Shown one piece after another: positions 1 to 9,487 of a DNA stretch of 64,000 bases. The stretch is from an uncultured Gammaproteobacteria bacterium (GTDB taxonomy: Bacteria; Patescibacteriota; Microgenomatia; UBA8517). Numbering within the stretch: the first letter of the stretch is position 1; every line of letters begins with the position of its first letter. Location: the NCBI GenBank assembly GCA_964506225.1, contig CAZDKH010000004.1, positions 3,262 to 67,261 of the forward strand, given 5' to 3'. The position numbers were made by a program, and so were the translations under genes. The notes under the pieces are model-generated. The model was not told the origin of the DNA, did not search any database, and saw nothing but the letters and a program-made list of their open reading frames with translations.

Positions 1-99
1 TGGAAGTAGTGATGCAGACAATAAGTGATAGTATAATGTAGCTGGAGTTTTTCTGGTCGTAACTTGTAGTTTTTTTATTAAGTGTTTTTAACTACCCTC

Positions 100-924
100 T
101 CAGGAGGGTTGAATTCTAGAAAGAGATTTGAGTAAGAGTTTTCCATTAGCTAAATAGTATTGCCTTTGCACGAAGGTGTTGGGGGTTTCTTCCAGTGGTA
201 CCTTTGTGGGAATACCTATAACCTTAATTGGTTTGGCCACATTAAGTTTATTACATAAAATATTCCTATAAAATCTGTTCGCACGGGACTCTTCTTCATT
301 ACCATCAGGGTGAATTGTGGTATGTCCTGTCCCAACTACCCAAAATGTCTGATCTCCTTGGTTTTGGTTAAAATATTTTATCGCTTCCGAAACCACTTCA
401 AATGCAGCACTTTCCCATTGGTCTGGAATTTGACCCTTTTTCTTCAGTAGTTCGATCTCCTCATTAGATAAATGAAAAGCTCTCCAGTTTTGTAAAAACA
501 CAACTTGTAGAGCGATTTCATTAGGATAATTATTTACTTTATCTTCGCCTTGGATGAATTTGACTGTTTCATTATCCCCTGAGACTTTTATAATACTTGG
601 AAAAGCATTTACTACTGCTCTAACTTTTCTATTTTCAGGATCTATGGCTGCAACAACTAGTTGAGGTTGGTCGGGGTTATCTGGAAAAAGATCAAGTTGA
701 ATATTCTTTTCTTTAATTTCGTGAATCACATCTTTCACATCTTTTTCATTGGGATTTTCGACACTCCACCATAGTCTGGCTAATTTTTGATAATCTTCGT
801 CCGAAGGTGGACCTTTTCGGGAATACAAGACGATTTTGTGGTATGGGTTATGTGTTTCTTTCTTACTTCCAGATTTTTCTGGTAGTTTACCATTATCAGC
901 TTTTTGGTTTTCTTTTCCCTCCAT
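100..924 (-). CDS. hypothetical protein (274 aa), Lys-rich N-terminus, no recognisable catalytic motif
   Basis: Long ORF at the window edge with a WVVGTGHTTIHPDG segment but no motif I can assign. It sits in the accessory region next to VapBC. Confidence 0.45.
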   Translation of the reverse strand: MEGKENQKADNGKLPEKSGSKKETHNPYHKIVLYSRKGPPSDEDYQKLARLWWSVENPNEKDVKDVIHEIKEKNIQLDLFPDNPDQPQLVVAAIDPENRKVRAVVNAFPSIIKVSGDNETVKFIQGEDKVNNYPNEIALQVVFLQNWRAFHLSNEEIELLKKKGQIPDQWESAAFEVVSEAIKYFNQNQGDQTFWVVGTGHTTIHPDGNEEESRANRFYRNILCNKLNVAKPIKVIGIPTKVPLEETPNTFVQRQYYLANGKLLLKSLSRIQPS

Positions 925-1271
925 ATTTTCAAATATACCTCGGAATCTGGCAAAAGTAAAAAGTTAAATAGGGATATTTTATTTGACGGAGAATTTTTTT
1001 GACAATAAAATTGACCTGTAGTAATATTGCGATATGAGTGAAAGTATGAGTAACAGGACTTGTGGAAGTTATTTATGTGAAGGCTTCCAAACAGGTGTTT
1101 GTGCTTTGGCCGAGCAGATTAGATATCAAGCTGAGCATGGCGCGCCTAAAGGTGGCTGGAGTGTGGAAACATGGTAAAACTACATTGAAAGGTGTAGAAA
1201 AGCTTTGCGAGTTTGTGCCAATCCTGGCCAACTTCGGGAAGCAATAGAGAATGTAAAGCCTGAATTTCCAG

Positions 1272-1610
1272 GTGGTGAAAGAGAAAATGCTTGAAACACC
1301 AAAAAGAGGATTTAACTACCAAGGTTTCTTAGAAAATCTATCTAAACCCACTCCGGGACACTGTGATAAGAATGGAAACTTGCTTCCAGAAAATTTTGCC
1401 ATGGAAATTGACAATAGAATCACGGACATCACTTTGCAGCGAAATTTATTTAGAATAGATGATGTTCAAGTACTGGAGTGTTTGAAAAAAGTAAAAGGCT
1501 ATCTTCCTTTTGGGGCTCTTGAAATCTTTAAAAATAAAATTAAAAATTCCTTTGAAAATGGTGATGAAATGGTAAGACAAATCTTTCCGTCTACTTCTGA
1601 ACAAAACTGA
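1272..1610 (+). CDS. hypothetical protein (112 aa)
   Basis: ORF only. Its stop codon lies inside the left copy of the 37-bp direct repeat. Confidence 0.3.
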   Translation: MVKEKMLETPKRGFNYQGFLENLSKPTPGHCDKNGNLLPENFAMEIDNRITDITLQRNLFRIDDVQVLECLKKVKGYLPFGALEIFKNKIKNSFENGDEMVRQIFPSTSEQN

Positions 1611-1640
1611 CTATGTGCAAATGCGGAAATGACAAGGAGA
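1603..1640. repeat. left copy of about 37-bp imperfect direct repeat AACTGAYTAYSTGCAAATGCGGAAAYGACAAGRAGA
   Basis: Read directly; it matches 2467-2504 with about 5 mismatches. The two copies bracket the vapBC cassette. Confidence 0.7.
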
Positions 1641-1669
1641 TATTAACTTTCCAGAGTCCTCTGATAATG

Positions 1670-1714
1670 AGTAATACTTATTGACAGAGTAATACTTATT
1701 AGGGTAGTATTACT
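1670..1714 (+). promoter_or_regulatory. vapBC promoter/operator: direct repeats AGTAATACTTATT (1670-1682, 1688-1700) plus inverted half-site AGTATTACT (1706-1714); TTGACA -35 at 1681-1686
   Basis: Repeat and palindrome architecture immediately upstream of the vapB ATG at 1720. This is typical of autoregulated AbrB-type antitoxin operators. Confidence 0.55.
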
Positions 1715-1719
1715 TTATT

Positions 1720-1959
1720 ATGCAAATAGTTTCTGTGACCCAAAAAGGCCAAGTAACAATCCCTAAAAAAATGCGGGATAAACTCGGCATTAAAACAAAT
1801 AACAAAGTGATCATTAAGCAGGCAAAAGATCATATCAAAATTTTACCTCCAGAGCCAGATTTGGTTGATCTTGCAGGAACATTTGTTCCGCGGGCAAACA
1901 AAGGCAAGAGTGCCCTTAAGGCTCGTGAGTATATGCAAAGGCACTACGAGAGGGTTTAA
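1720..1959 (+). CDS. vapB: VapB-like antitoxin, AbrB/SpoVT-type swapped-hairpin DNA-binding domain
   Basis: N-terminal motif QVTIPKKMRDKLGI is typical of AbrB/MazE-fold antitoxins. It is 79 aa and directly abuts the PIN gene. Confidence 0.75.
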   Translation: MQIVSVTQKGQVTIPKKMRDKLGIKTNNKVIIKQAKDHIKILPPEPDLVDLAGTFVPRANKGKSALKAREYMQRHYERV

Positions 1960-2388
1960 GTGATTTACTTTTTGGACACAAATATTTTCCTCAGGGTGCT
2001 TAACAAAAAGGATAATCTAACAGCTCATCTTGAATCTACAGATTTATTAAAAGACATTAAACAGAGAAAGATTAAGGCAGTAACTTCAAACATTGTTCTT
2101 TCAGAGATCGTTTGGACCATGCAGAGATTTTATGAATTTCCAAAGGAAGAAATAGTTTTAGCCTTAAATTCAATATACAACTTATCAATTTCCATGAATG
2201 ATAACTTCCAGACTGCAAGAGCAATCAAATTATTTAAAACTATGAATGTAAAGTTTGTTGATTGTTTGATTGCTTCAATACCGCAAATTCATGAATGTAA
2301 ATGGACCATTGTTTCATATGATAAGGATTTTGATAAGTTGGGAGTGATAAGAAAAGAACCAAAAGAGGTTACTAGAGGCCTTAATTGA
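1960..2388 (+). CDS. vapC: VapC-like PIN-domain ribonuclease toxin
   Basis: Starts IYFLDTNIF (PIN acidic motif) and has further conserved acidic residues (DCLIA, YDKDFD). GTG start immediately after the vapB stop. Confidence 0.75.
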   Translation: MIYFLDTNIFLRVLNKKDNLTAHLESTDLLKDIKQRKIKAVTSNIVLSEIVWTMQRFYEFPKEEIVLALNSIYNLSISMNDNFQTARAIKLFKTMNVKFVDCLIASIPQIHECKWTIVSYDKDFDKLGVIRKEPKEVTRGLN

Positions 2389-2420
2389 TTTACAGCTTCA
2401 CAGAGGGGCCCATGGTAGAT
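2388..2420 (-). pseudogene. diverged partial duplicate of the rplA 3' end
   Basis: The 33-bp sequence GATTTACAGCTTCACAGAGGGGCCCATGGTAGA matches 4181-4213 with 3-4 mismatches. Its minus-strand translation is ..KSTMGPSVKL* against the L1 C-terminus ..TSTMGPSVKLQIN*. Confidence 0.7.
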
Positions 2421-2466
2421 TTGGCGAAAGAATTTAACTACCAAATTTTCCCACCCACTTCAAGAT

Positions 2467-2504
2467 TAAACTGATTACCTGCAAATGCGGAAACGACAAG
2501 AAGA
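2467..2504. repeat. right copy of the about 37-bp imperfect direct repeat
   Basis: See 1603-1640. Confidence 0.7.
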
Positions 2505-2546
2505 ACTAGGCAGTGAGAACCCATCCTTTGATGAGAGAAAGGTACG

Positions 2547-3020
2547 CTAGGAAGTTGTTGGGATTATTATCAAAGCTTCCAAAAAACTTTTGGCAATTGA
2601 GGCAGCAAGTTGCATACTTCCATTCAAATCACGTGGGGGAATGACCTTTGGAACGCGATAACTAACTTCATAAACAGGAAGATCTCTGTTTTTGCCAAGC
2701 ATGGGTTTTTTGGTGATTTCTATTTTTAATTCTTTCCCCTCTATTGAACTTTCCATTGTGACTTTTTTGATAATACCTTTTTGAGTCCTTTCAACTCTAA
2801 CATAAATACGAGTCCTTTCTTTTTCTTCCCACCTCCATGCAATAGTAGGTCCTTTTCCAACAAACGTCCCCTTTTCCACAAACACACCCTCTTTGTAGTT
2901 CAGCGAAATTGGCACCGATAACCGGATTTCTTCCCTAATCGCTACCGGAGATTTTTTTAAGGAATTCTGCCATATCATTAATATCTTTTTGTTGCAAAGA
3001 TCCCGGCCGAAGACTGTCAT
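2547..3020 (-). CDS. hypothetical protein (157 aa)
   Basis: ORF inside the islet bounded by the rplA 3'-end copies. No recognisable motif. Confidence 0.4.
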   Translation of the reverse strand: MTVFGRDLCNKKILMIWQNSLKKSPVAIREEIRLSVPISLNYKEGVFVEKGTFVGKGPTIAWRWEEKERTRIYVRVERTQKGIIKKVTMESSIEGKELKIEITKKPMLGKNRDLPVYEVSYRVPKVIPPRDLNGSMQLAASIAKSFLEALIIIPTTS

Positions 3021-3541
3021 AGTATATTGCCACAGGCAGAAGATTTTCTCTCTTACATACTACATACATAAAGAGGGTTCTTGCTGTTGTGCGGATCAAA
3101 ATTCGGGTCTATAGTTTGTTCAACCAGACTTTTTATAGTTCTTAATTGTTTTACTTCAAAAGTTTCTCTAGATCTAGGCATTTGCCGAATTATAGCAGAA
3201 AACACACACTGGAGTTGATGTATTTGTAAACAACCTTCACATTTTTCTGGGTTAGCTTGTTTGTGGATAGAGTGTAATACATTTACCTAACCAGAAAACA
3301 GCCTGAACAGATTTTCCAAAAAGTACCCGTCCTATACAAAAATTTGATTTTTGTTGAAGAAATTCTATAATAGCAGCAATACAAAAAAGGTGGTTTTGGG
3401 TATGTTAGAAAAAGTTGTAAGAAATTGGACAAAAACATAAGATTGTGTTATAAATTCAGAACAAAAGGTATTTTTTTTATCTCTAATTTTTCTTACTAAG
3501 GAGTAAATTATGAGTTTTAACTTTCGTAGTTATCATTAATT

Positions 3542-4174
3542 ATGAATGAAAGAGAACAGGGAAGACTACGGAGAATAAGACAAGCGGCAGCTTTATTTTT
3601 ATTGGCTGCAGTATTGGGGTATCAGTTAAGGGTTATTTGGGAAAGATCAGAAGATACTCCAGCAAGTGAGCCATGTCCCCCATGTCCACCCACAAGTATT
3701 CCTGCACCCTCAGGAGGAAGGGAAACACAAGTGATCCCAGAGCAGATTTGGAAAATTTATGAATTAATTTATTCTTTGGCAGGTAAGGGTTTTATTGTTC
3801 ATGTTCCATATCCAAATACACTTAATTTTATCCCTGGAGTTACAGAATTAGATGGAAAAGTATATGACCTTTTTTTCAATCCTCCGGAGTTGCAAGTTCT
3901 TGGAGATGTTTTATATATGCTTAATGAAGAAGGGATTAGCGGTTCAGAAATTGCGCAGAGGTTTGGATCTTCTAAAGATGTGAGAGTTGCGGTGACTGAT
4001 AGAAGAAGACACCTGCCCTATCTTTATCCCTCGGAGGGGGAAGGGTTAATTCCATTTTTTCTTCCAATTTATGATAAAGGAGTAGGCATTCTTATTGCTC
4101 CAGAAGGGGAGGTTACAATTGTAATTTACACGGATGGAAATTGGGTAGAAGGAATAAGGGAGTTTGTTCCATAA
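3542..4174 (+). CDS. membrane-anchored hypothetical protein (210 aa); N-terminal TM helix, Pro/Cys-rich linker CPPCPPTSIPAP, then a globular domain
   Basis: Hydrophobic segment AALFLLAAVLGY, locally higher GC than its surroundings, and convergent with rplA, abutting it with zero spacing. Confidence 0.5.
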   Translation: MNEREQGRLRRIRQAAALFLLAAVLGYQLRVIWERSEDTPASEPCPPCPPTSIPAPSGGRETQVIPEQIWKIYELIYSLAGKGFIVHVPYPNTLNFIPGVTELDGKVYDLFFNPPELQVLGDVLYMLNEEGISGSEIAQRFGSSKDVRVAVTDRRRHLPYLYPSEGEGLIPFFLPIYDKGVGILIAPEGEVTIVIYTDGNWVEGIREFVP

Positions 4175-4945
4175 CTAGTTTATTTGCAGCTTCACAGAGG
4201 GACCCATGGTGGAGGTCAGATAGGCTTTAAGAATTTGGTTTTTAAAAGCTACCAAGACAGCTTCTATATTTTCGATAAGTTTTTTATCGTCTTGACTGAA
4301 TTTTCCAACAGTGGTGTGAATAAGGGGAGCGTTTTTTTCTGTTTTCAAAGTCAGAGAGTTTGCGGAAAACTTTTTTGCATCATCTTCGGATTTAATTAGG
4401 GTTTGATTTTTTGGATTTGGCATAAGCCCCTTTGGACCCAAAATTTTTGCAAAAGGAACTAATTTTGGCATAAAATCGGGAGTTGCTAAAAGAACGTCAA
4501 AATCAATTTCTCCTGTCTCCAGTTTCTTTATAGTCGCTTCAGATGCAATCTCTATTTTTTTTTGTTTTCCCCATCTGTGAGGCAGTTCTATTGTTTCTGA
4601 TAGACCTTCTTTTTTGACCACCAGGTGAAGCTCAATAGTTGCGTCAAATTTTGAGTACGAGGTTTCTTTGACCAGTTTAACAGCCTCGGGAAGCCCATAA
4701 AGTTTATTTTTATCAATCTTTGCCTTTGCTTCAAGATATTTTTTGCCTCTTGTTTTTACCTTTTTAGCTTTTTTAACAACTTTTTCCTCCTCGGTTTTGG
4801 GGGCAGACGGCAATGGTTCTGCTTCAACAATTTTAATTCTTTGTCCGCCTTTTAGGCCAGAAATATGAACTTTGTCAGGCTTTTTGACTTCTTTTTTGCT
4901 TTTTTGTGTCTCGTCTCCGATAAAAACTGTTTTTGTTTTTCCCAT
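4175..4945 (-). CDS. rplA: 50S ribosomal protein L1 with a Lys-rich N-terminal extension
   Basis: KFDATIELHL and LMPNPK motifs; downstream of rplK in the canonical order. Confidence 0.9.
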   Translation of the reverse strand: MGKTKTVFIGDETQKSKKEVKKPDKVHISGLKGGQRIKIVEAEPLPSAPKTEEEKVVKKAKKVKTRGKKYLEAKAKIDKNKLYGLPEAVKLVKETSYSKFDATIELHLVVKKEGLSETIELPHRWGKQKKIEIASEATIKKLETGEIDFDVLLATPDFMPKLVPFAKILGPKGLMPNPKNQTLIKSEDDAKKFSANSLTLKTEKNAPLIHTTVGKFSQDDKKLIENIEAVLVAFKNQILKAYLTSTMGPSVKLQIN

Positions 4946-5049
4946 GTAATTTAAATTCGAAATCTCAAATTTTAAATTCGAAATAATATTTTAAATTTAA
5001 ATATTTAAACATTTTATTTGTTTGATGTTTGGTGCTTCATATTTTGAAT

Positions 5050-5472
5050 TTATTCAATGGTAACACCCATAGAACGTGCTGTTCCTTCTACGATTTTTAT
5101 TGCAGCTTCTAAGTCATCAGTATTTAAATCAGCCATTTTTTCTTTGGCAATTTCTTCAACTTGCGTCTTGGTTAATTTTCCAACTTTGTCCCGATTGGGT
5201 GCGCCTGACCCTTTTTGCAAATTTATTGCCTTTTTAATCATCTCAGTTACTGGAGCTTTTTTTATTTCAAAATCAAACGATCTGTCCTCATAAATGGTAA
5301 TAACCGCAGGAACTATCTGGCCTTTCATAGATGATGTTTTATCATTGTAGGCCTTTACAAAATCCATGATAGCCACCCCGTGTTGGCCTAAAGCGGGGCC
5401 AAGGGGAGGAGCTGGAGTGGCCTCTCCTGCGGGCAAATTGACTTTGATAACTGTTTTTACTTTTTTTGGCAT
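5050..5472 (-). CDS. rplK: 50S ribosomal protein L11
   Basis: [17 protein letters not shown] motif; 140 aa. Confidence 0.95.
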   Translation of the reverse strand: MPKKVKTVIKVNLPAGEATPAPPLGPALGQHGVAIMDFVKAYNDKTSSMKGQIVPAVITIYEDRSFDFEIKKAPVTEMIKKAINLQKGSGAPNRDKVGKLTKTQVEEIAKEKMADLNTDDLEAAIKIVEGTARSMGVTIE

Positions 5473-5599
5473 TTTTTATTTAAATTGACACACCGGAAGC
5501 TTTTTGAAGCTGTTTCGATGTGTTTCATCTCCCTCAGAAAATTTTTTTCCGAGGTAATTTATTTTACCATCATAACAATCTGATGTAAACTATCTTCTG

Positions 5600-6499
5600 A
5601 TGGCGAATGAATTGTCTATAGTCATTGTTAGTTTTAATGTTAAAAAGCTTCTTTTGGACTGCCTTGAATCCATCTATAAAAATAAAAAAGACACTAACAA
5701 CTGGCAAATAATAGTTGTTGATAACGCATCTACTGATGGTTCTGTTGAGGCTGTCGAGAAAAAATTTCCAAAGGTTAATCTCATCAAAAGCCCAAAAAAT
5801 CTTGGTTATGCAAGGGGCAATAACCTTGCGGTTTCTGTTATCAACTCCGACTATGTTCTTTTCTTAAACCCGGACACAATTATAAAAGGTGATGTTATTC
5901 AAAAGACTCTTAATTTTCTTAAGGAAAATCCAAAAGTTGGGGCTGTAACCTGTAAAGTTCTTTTACCCGATGGCAAGCTTGATTACTCCTGTAAGAGAGG
6001 CTTTCCTGCCCCATGGAGCGCTTTTTGTTATTTCACCGGACTTGCCAAGGTTTTCCCCAATTCAAAATTTTTTGCAGGCTATACCGCAACCTATCTTGAC
6101 AGTGACACCACAAACGAAGTTGAGTGTATCAGCGGAACATTTTTTATGGTAAGAAGGTTAGCGGCCAGGGAGGTTGGCTGGTGGGACGAGGATTATTTTT
6201 GGAATGGCGAGGATATTGAATTCTGTTTTCGGCTAAGAGAAAAGGGCTGGAAAATCTATTATTACCCCAAAGGTGAAATTGTTCATTTTAAAGGTTCTTC
6301 ATCCGGACTTTGGAAAAGTGCCAAAGTCTCTGTTTCTAAAGAAGTTAAACTTCGCTCGGCCAAAGCGGGAATTGAGGCAATGAGGATTTTTTACGAAAAG
6401 CATTATCTAAAAAATACCCCTTTTGTTTTTCGCAAAATTGTTCTTCTTGGTATAAATCTTTTGGAAAAGGTTAGGTTATTAAAAATAAAATTAAGCTAA
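5600..6499 (+). CDS. family 2 glycosyltransferase (GT-A)
   Basis: [10 protein letters not shown] and NLGYARGNN motifs; later DxD. Confidence 0.8.
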   Translation: MANELSIVIVSFNVKKLLLDCLESIYKNKKDTNNWQIIVVDNASTDGSVEAVEKKFPKVNLIKSPKNLGYARGNNLAVSVINSDYVLFLNPDTIIKGDVIQKTLNFLKENPKVGAVTCKVLLPDGKLDYSCKRGFPAPWSAFCYFTGLAKVFPNSKFFAGYTATYLDSDTTNEVECISGTFFMVRRLAAREVGWWDEDYFWNGEDIEFCFRLREKGWKIYYYPKGEIVHFKGSSSGLWKSAKVSVSKEVKLRSAKAGIEAMRIFYEKHYLKNTPFVFRKIVLLGINLLEKVRLLKIKLS

Positions 6500-6500
6500 C

Positions 6501-7457
6501 ATGGACTGTTCGATAGTTATTCTTTCTTTTAATACAAAGGATGTTACCAGAAGATGTTTGACTTTCGTCAAAAAAGCTGTCGATTATTGTCAAAAAAATT
6601 TAAAAAACAAGTTTGAGGTAGTGGTTGTTGACAATGCTTCGACTGATGGTTCGGTTGAGATGATTCTCAAAAACTATCCTTGGGTGAAACTTATCAAAAG
6701 CCCCCAGAACTTGGGTTTTGCTAAGGGTAATAATCTGGGGATGAAAAGGACAAAATACCCCCTCATTCTTCTTATTAACTCGGACACCTTTTTAGAAGAG
6801 AAAAGTCTTTTTGCGAGTCTGAAGTTTATGAAAGGTAATCCCGACTGCGGAGTAATGGGCTGTAAACTTCTCTATGAGAATGGGGTATTGCAGCCAAGCG
6901 CCGGTTTTCTACCAAACCCCTTGAGGATTTTTGCCTGGATGTTTGGAATAGATAAGATTCATATTCTCTCAAATATCATTGGACCTTTTCATCCCATGAG
7001 TCAGCGTTTTTTTACTCAAAAGAAAGAGTTCGGCTGGATAATGGGAGCATTTATGCTTTTAAGAAGAGAGGTTTATAAAAAAACCGGGGGCTTTGATGAA
7101 AATTATTTTATGTATACCGAAGAAGTTGAGTGGTGTAAAAGGATAAAAGAGGCCGGATTCAAAATTTTCTACACGCCTTATATCAAAGCAATACACCTGG
7201 GGAGAGCAAGCAGTAAATTTGACACAAGCCTTTCTCTAACAAAAGAGCTGGAAGGAGTCTTGTATTATTTTCAAAAACACTATCCTTCCTATCTTTTTTG
7301 GGCGCGAATAAATATCTTTTTGGGAACGCTTCTGCGACTTGTTGCCTTTTATCTCTTGGGAGAAAAAAAGAAAGCTTTTATTTACAAAAAAGCTCTTGCT
7401 ATATCTTTACGACCTGTAGGAAATCAAGCTCAACCGGAGTTTCGCGGCCAAAAATAG
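6501..7457 (+). CDS. family 2 glycosyltransferase, tandem paralogue of the preceding gene
   Basis: [10 protein letters not shown] and NLGFAKGNN motifs. Separated from the preceding gene by 2 bp. Confidence 0.8.
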   Translation: MDCSIVILSFNTKDVTRRCLTFVKKAVDYCQKNLKNKFEVVVVDNASTDGSVEMILKNYPWVKLIKSPQNLGFAKGNNLGMKRTKYPLILLINSDTFLEEKSLFASLKFMKGNPDCGVMGCKLLYENGVLQPSAGFLPNPLRIFAWMFGIDKIHILSNIIGPFHPMSQRFFTQKKEFGWIMGAFMLLRREVYKKTGGFDENYFMYTEEVEWCKRIKEAGFKIFYTPYIKAIHLGRASSKFDTSLSLTKELEGVLYYFQKHYPSYLFWARINIFLGTLLRLVAFYLLGEKKKAFIYKKALAISLRPVGNQAQPEFRGQK

Positions 7458-8034
7458 AAACCAAGACCTTGACTTTGCCTTTTTCCTCATCCACTTCATG
7501 AATAGTTCCCAGAAAATCCGCAAAAGGACCGTCCGTGATTTTAACAGCCTCGCCTGGGGTGAGTTTGGTTTTAAAACGAGGAGCCGGGGAGGAAATAAAT
7601 TTTTGAATATTTTTTACCTCTGTGTCAGAGAGGGGAGAAGGTTTGTTACCAGCTCCAACAAAACCTGTAATTCCGGGTGTTGTTCTTACAGCCAGCCAGC
7701 TGTCGTCTGTGACAACCATCTTGACAAGCAGATAGCCGGGAAAAATTTTTTCTTTGACTGTGGCTTTTTTGCCCTGTCTTATAACAACACGGTCTTGGGT
7801 TGGGATTAGAAGTTCAAAGACTTTATCTTTTAAGCCCATGGACTCAATTCTTTGTCGAAGTGTTTCGGCAACTCTTACTTCGTGACCGCTGGCTGTGTGG
7901 ACAACATACCAGTGTGCATTTTCAGGAGCATCCTTGTTAATCAAAATATACCCCGGAATTTTCTTTTTTCCAGTGCCCCGTTCCTCAACCCCTTTGTCTT
8001 GTTTTTGAACTGCCTGAGAGGTGTTTTTATTCAT
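7399..8034 (-). CDS. nusG: transcription termination/antitermination factor NusG
   Basis: NGN domain ([12 protein letters not shown]) and C-terminal KOW ([22 protein letters not shown]); secE-nusG-rplK synteny. Confidence 0.9.
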   Translation of the reverse strand: MNKNTSQAVQKQDKGVEERGTGKKKIPGYILINKDAPENAHWYVVHTASGHEVRVAETLRQRIESMGLKDKVFELLIPTQDRVVIRQGKKATVKEKIFPGYLLVKMVVTDDSWLAVRTTPGITGFVGAGNKPSPLSDTEVKNIQKFISSPAPRFKTKLTPGEAVKITDGPFADFLGTIHEVDEEKGKVKVLVSIFGRETPVELDFLQVVKI

Positions 8035-8035
8035 C

Positions 8036-8287
8036 TTATTTTTTTATCAAAACTTCCAAGAGTTTAGTCATTGCAAGGTCTAGTCCACCCAAATAAATGC
8101 CAACCACTCCCGAGATAAGAATTACAAGCAGAGTCAATTTGACCACATCAGTTTTTTTTGGCCAGACTACTTTTGAAAGCTCTAGACGAACCTCCTTAAA
8201 ATAAGACAGGGTTGGCAAACCAAAAGAAAACCTTATTGGCAATTTCGTTGCTGGAATTTTCATCCTTACGGGAACAAATTGTAGCAC
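8036..8287 (-). CDS. secE: preprotein translocase subunit SecE
   Basis: 83 aa with a C-terminal TM helix ([18 protein letters not shown]). Directly upstream of nusG. Confidence 0.85.
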   Translation of the reverse strand: MLQFVPVRMKIPATKLPIRFSFGLPTLSYFKEVRLELSKVVWPKKTDVVKLTLLVILISGVVGIYLGGLDLAMTKLLEVLIKK

Positions 8288-8399
8288 GCAAGGGAGTGTA
8301 ATATCAAGAAAGGAACCTTTAAAGTCAGGATATTAAGTTGAGTCAAGGTATTCCAAATCTACCGGTTTAGAAAAAGATTTTAGTCAGTAGCTTTAATTA

Positions 8400-9338
8400 C
8401 TAGTCAAACAAGTCACGAAGTTTATCTGTCAGCCCAATTTGCCAGGGAAAATTAAAATATTTTTTAATATCGCTGTATTTAACCCATTTCACTTTTCTTA
8501 ACTCTTTTGGGTCTGGTTTGACGTCTTTCTTTTGACCAAAGAATTTAATAAGAAAGAATGTCACCTCTTGCCCCCTAAATATTTTTCTTTTATTGATTAT
8601 ATCGCTTGCTATTAGCCAGTTTGGCCAGTCATAAACTGCTTTATATTCACTTCTTTTGACAACCTCAAATTTATCTGTTCCAAACTCTTCTTTGAGCTCT
8701 CTTAACACTGCTTCTTCAGGTTTTTCACCTTCCTCAATACCGCCACCAGAAAAATTCCAGTCATTCTCGCCGTAGCTGGTAAGTTGTACGATTAAGAAGT
8801 TTTCGTTCTTATCCATAACAACAGCTGAGATTCTTTGTCTGAAATTCATAAGAGTAGTTTGTTTCAAATATTCAACATATGTACACTCTATTGCCCTGGT
8901 AAAATGTGAGAATCTTGTTATCGAATTCTTATCAATCTCGTTGTCCTTTAGGTATTCTCGAATAACATCTCCGAACAACTCTTTGTTTTTAACTCTCCTA
9001 GAAATTTCATCGGGCAAGTGAATTTCTTCACCTTCATCAACATATTGGCCACCATTTTTATCAAGTAAACAGGCAAAAGTAACTAAGTGATATCCTTTGT
9101 TGTGCTCATGTAGTCCTTCCTCTAAACCAATCCAAAAATCGGCTTTGGGTTTAGCTTTCCGGGCACCTAGCGCTTGGTTAACTACCCTCTTTTTTATAGT
9201 CTCTTTATCTAAGGCTTGATTGGGAATTACAGCGTCAACTTCCACACTATCAATATCCACGTCAAGATGGAGGTTTTTCAAAGCTTCTTTGACAACTCTA
9301 ACTTTATATTTGTTTTTAGTACCAATTACGATTTTCAT
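8400..9338 (-). CDS. fusion of a YjjX-family inosine/xanthosine triphosphatase domain (N) with a Nudix hydrolase domain (C)
   Basis: The N-terminal half aligns to E. coli YjjX across IASVAVESGVP...EADFWVAIEAGI (here DSVEVDAVIPNQ...KADFWIGLEEGL). The C-terminal half carries the Nudix box GGGIEEGEKPEEAVLRELKEEFG. Confidence 0.8.
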   Translation of the reverse strand: MKIVIGTKNKYKVRVVKEALKNLHLDVDIDSVEVDAVIPNQALDKETIKKRVVNQALGARKAKPKADFWIGLEEGLHEHNKGYHLVTFACLLDKNGGQYVDEGEEIHLPDEISRRVKNKELFGDVIREYLKDNEIDKNSITRFSHFTRAIECTYVEYLKQTTLMNFRQRISAVVMDKNENFLIVQLTSYGENDWNFSGGGIEEGEKPEEAVLRELKEEFGTDKFEVVKRSEYKAVYDWPNWLIASDIINKRKIFRGQEVTFFLIKFFGQKKDVKPDPKELRKVKWVKYSDIKKYFNFPWQIGLTDKLRDLFD

Positions 9339-9487
9339 CTATTCAAGAACTTCAATTATACCCTATTTGTAGTTCATATCTTTGTTTATAATTCCAATTT
9401 TTTTATAAATTCCAATACTTCCGGGAACAACTACGAAAAAGGCACATCTGAAAATAGCAGCTTTCCTCTCCCAGTTGCTTTCTGCAC

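Noticed and set aside
4184-5293. Plus-strand ORFs inside rplA and rplK
   Set aside because: They are antisense to highly conserved ribosomal protein genes.
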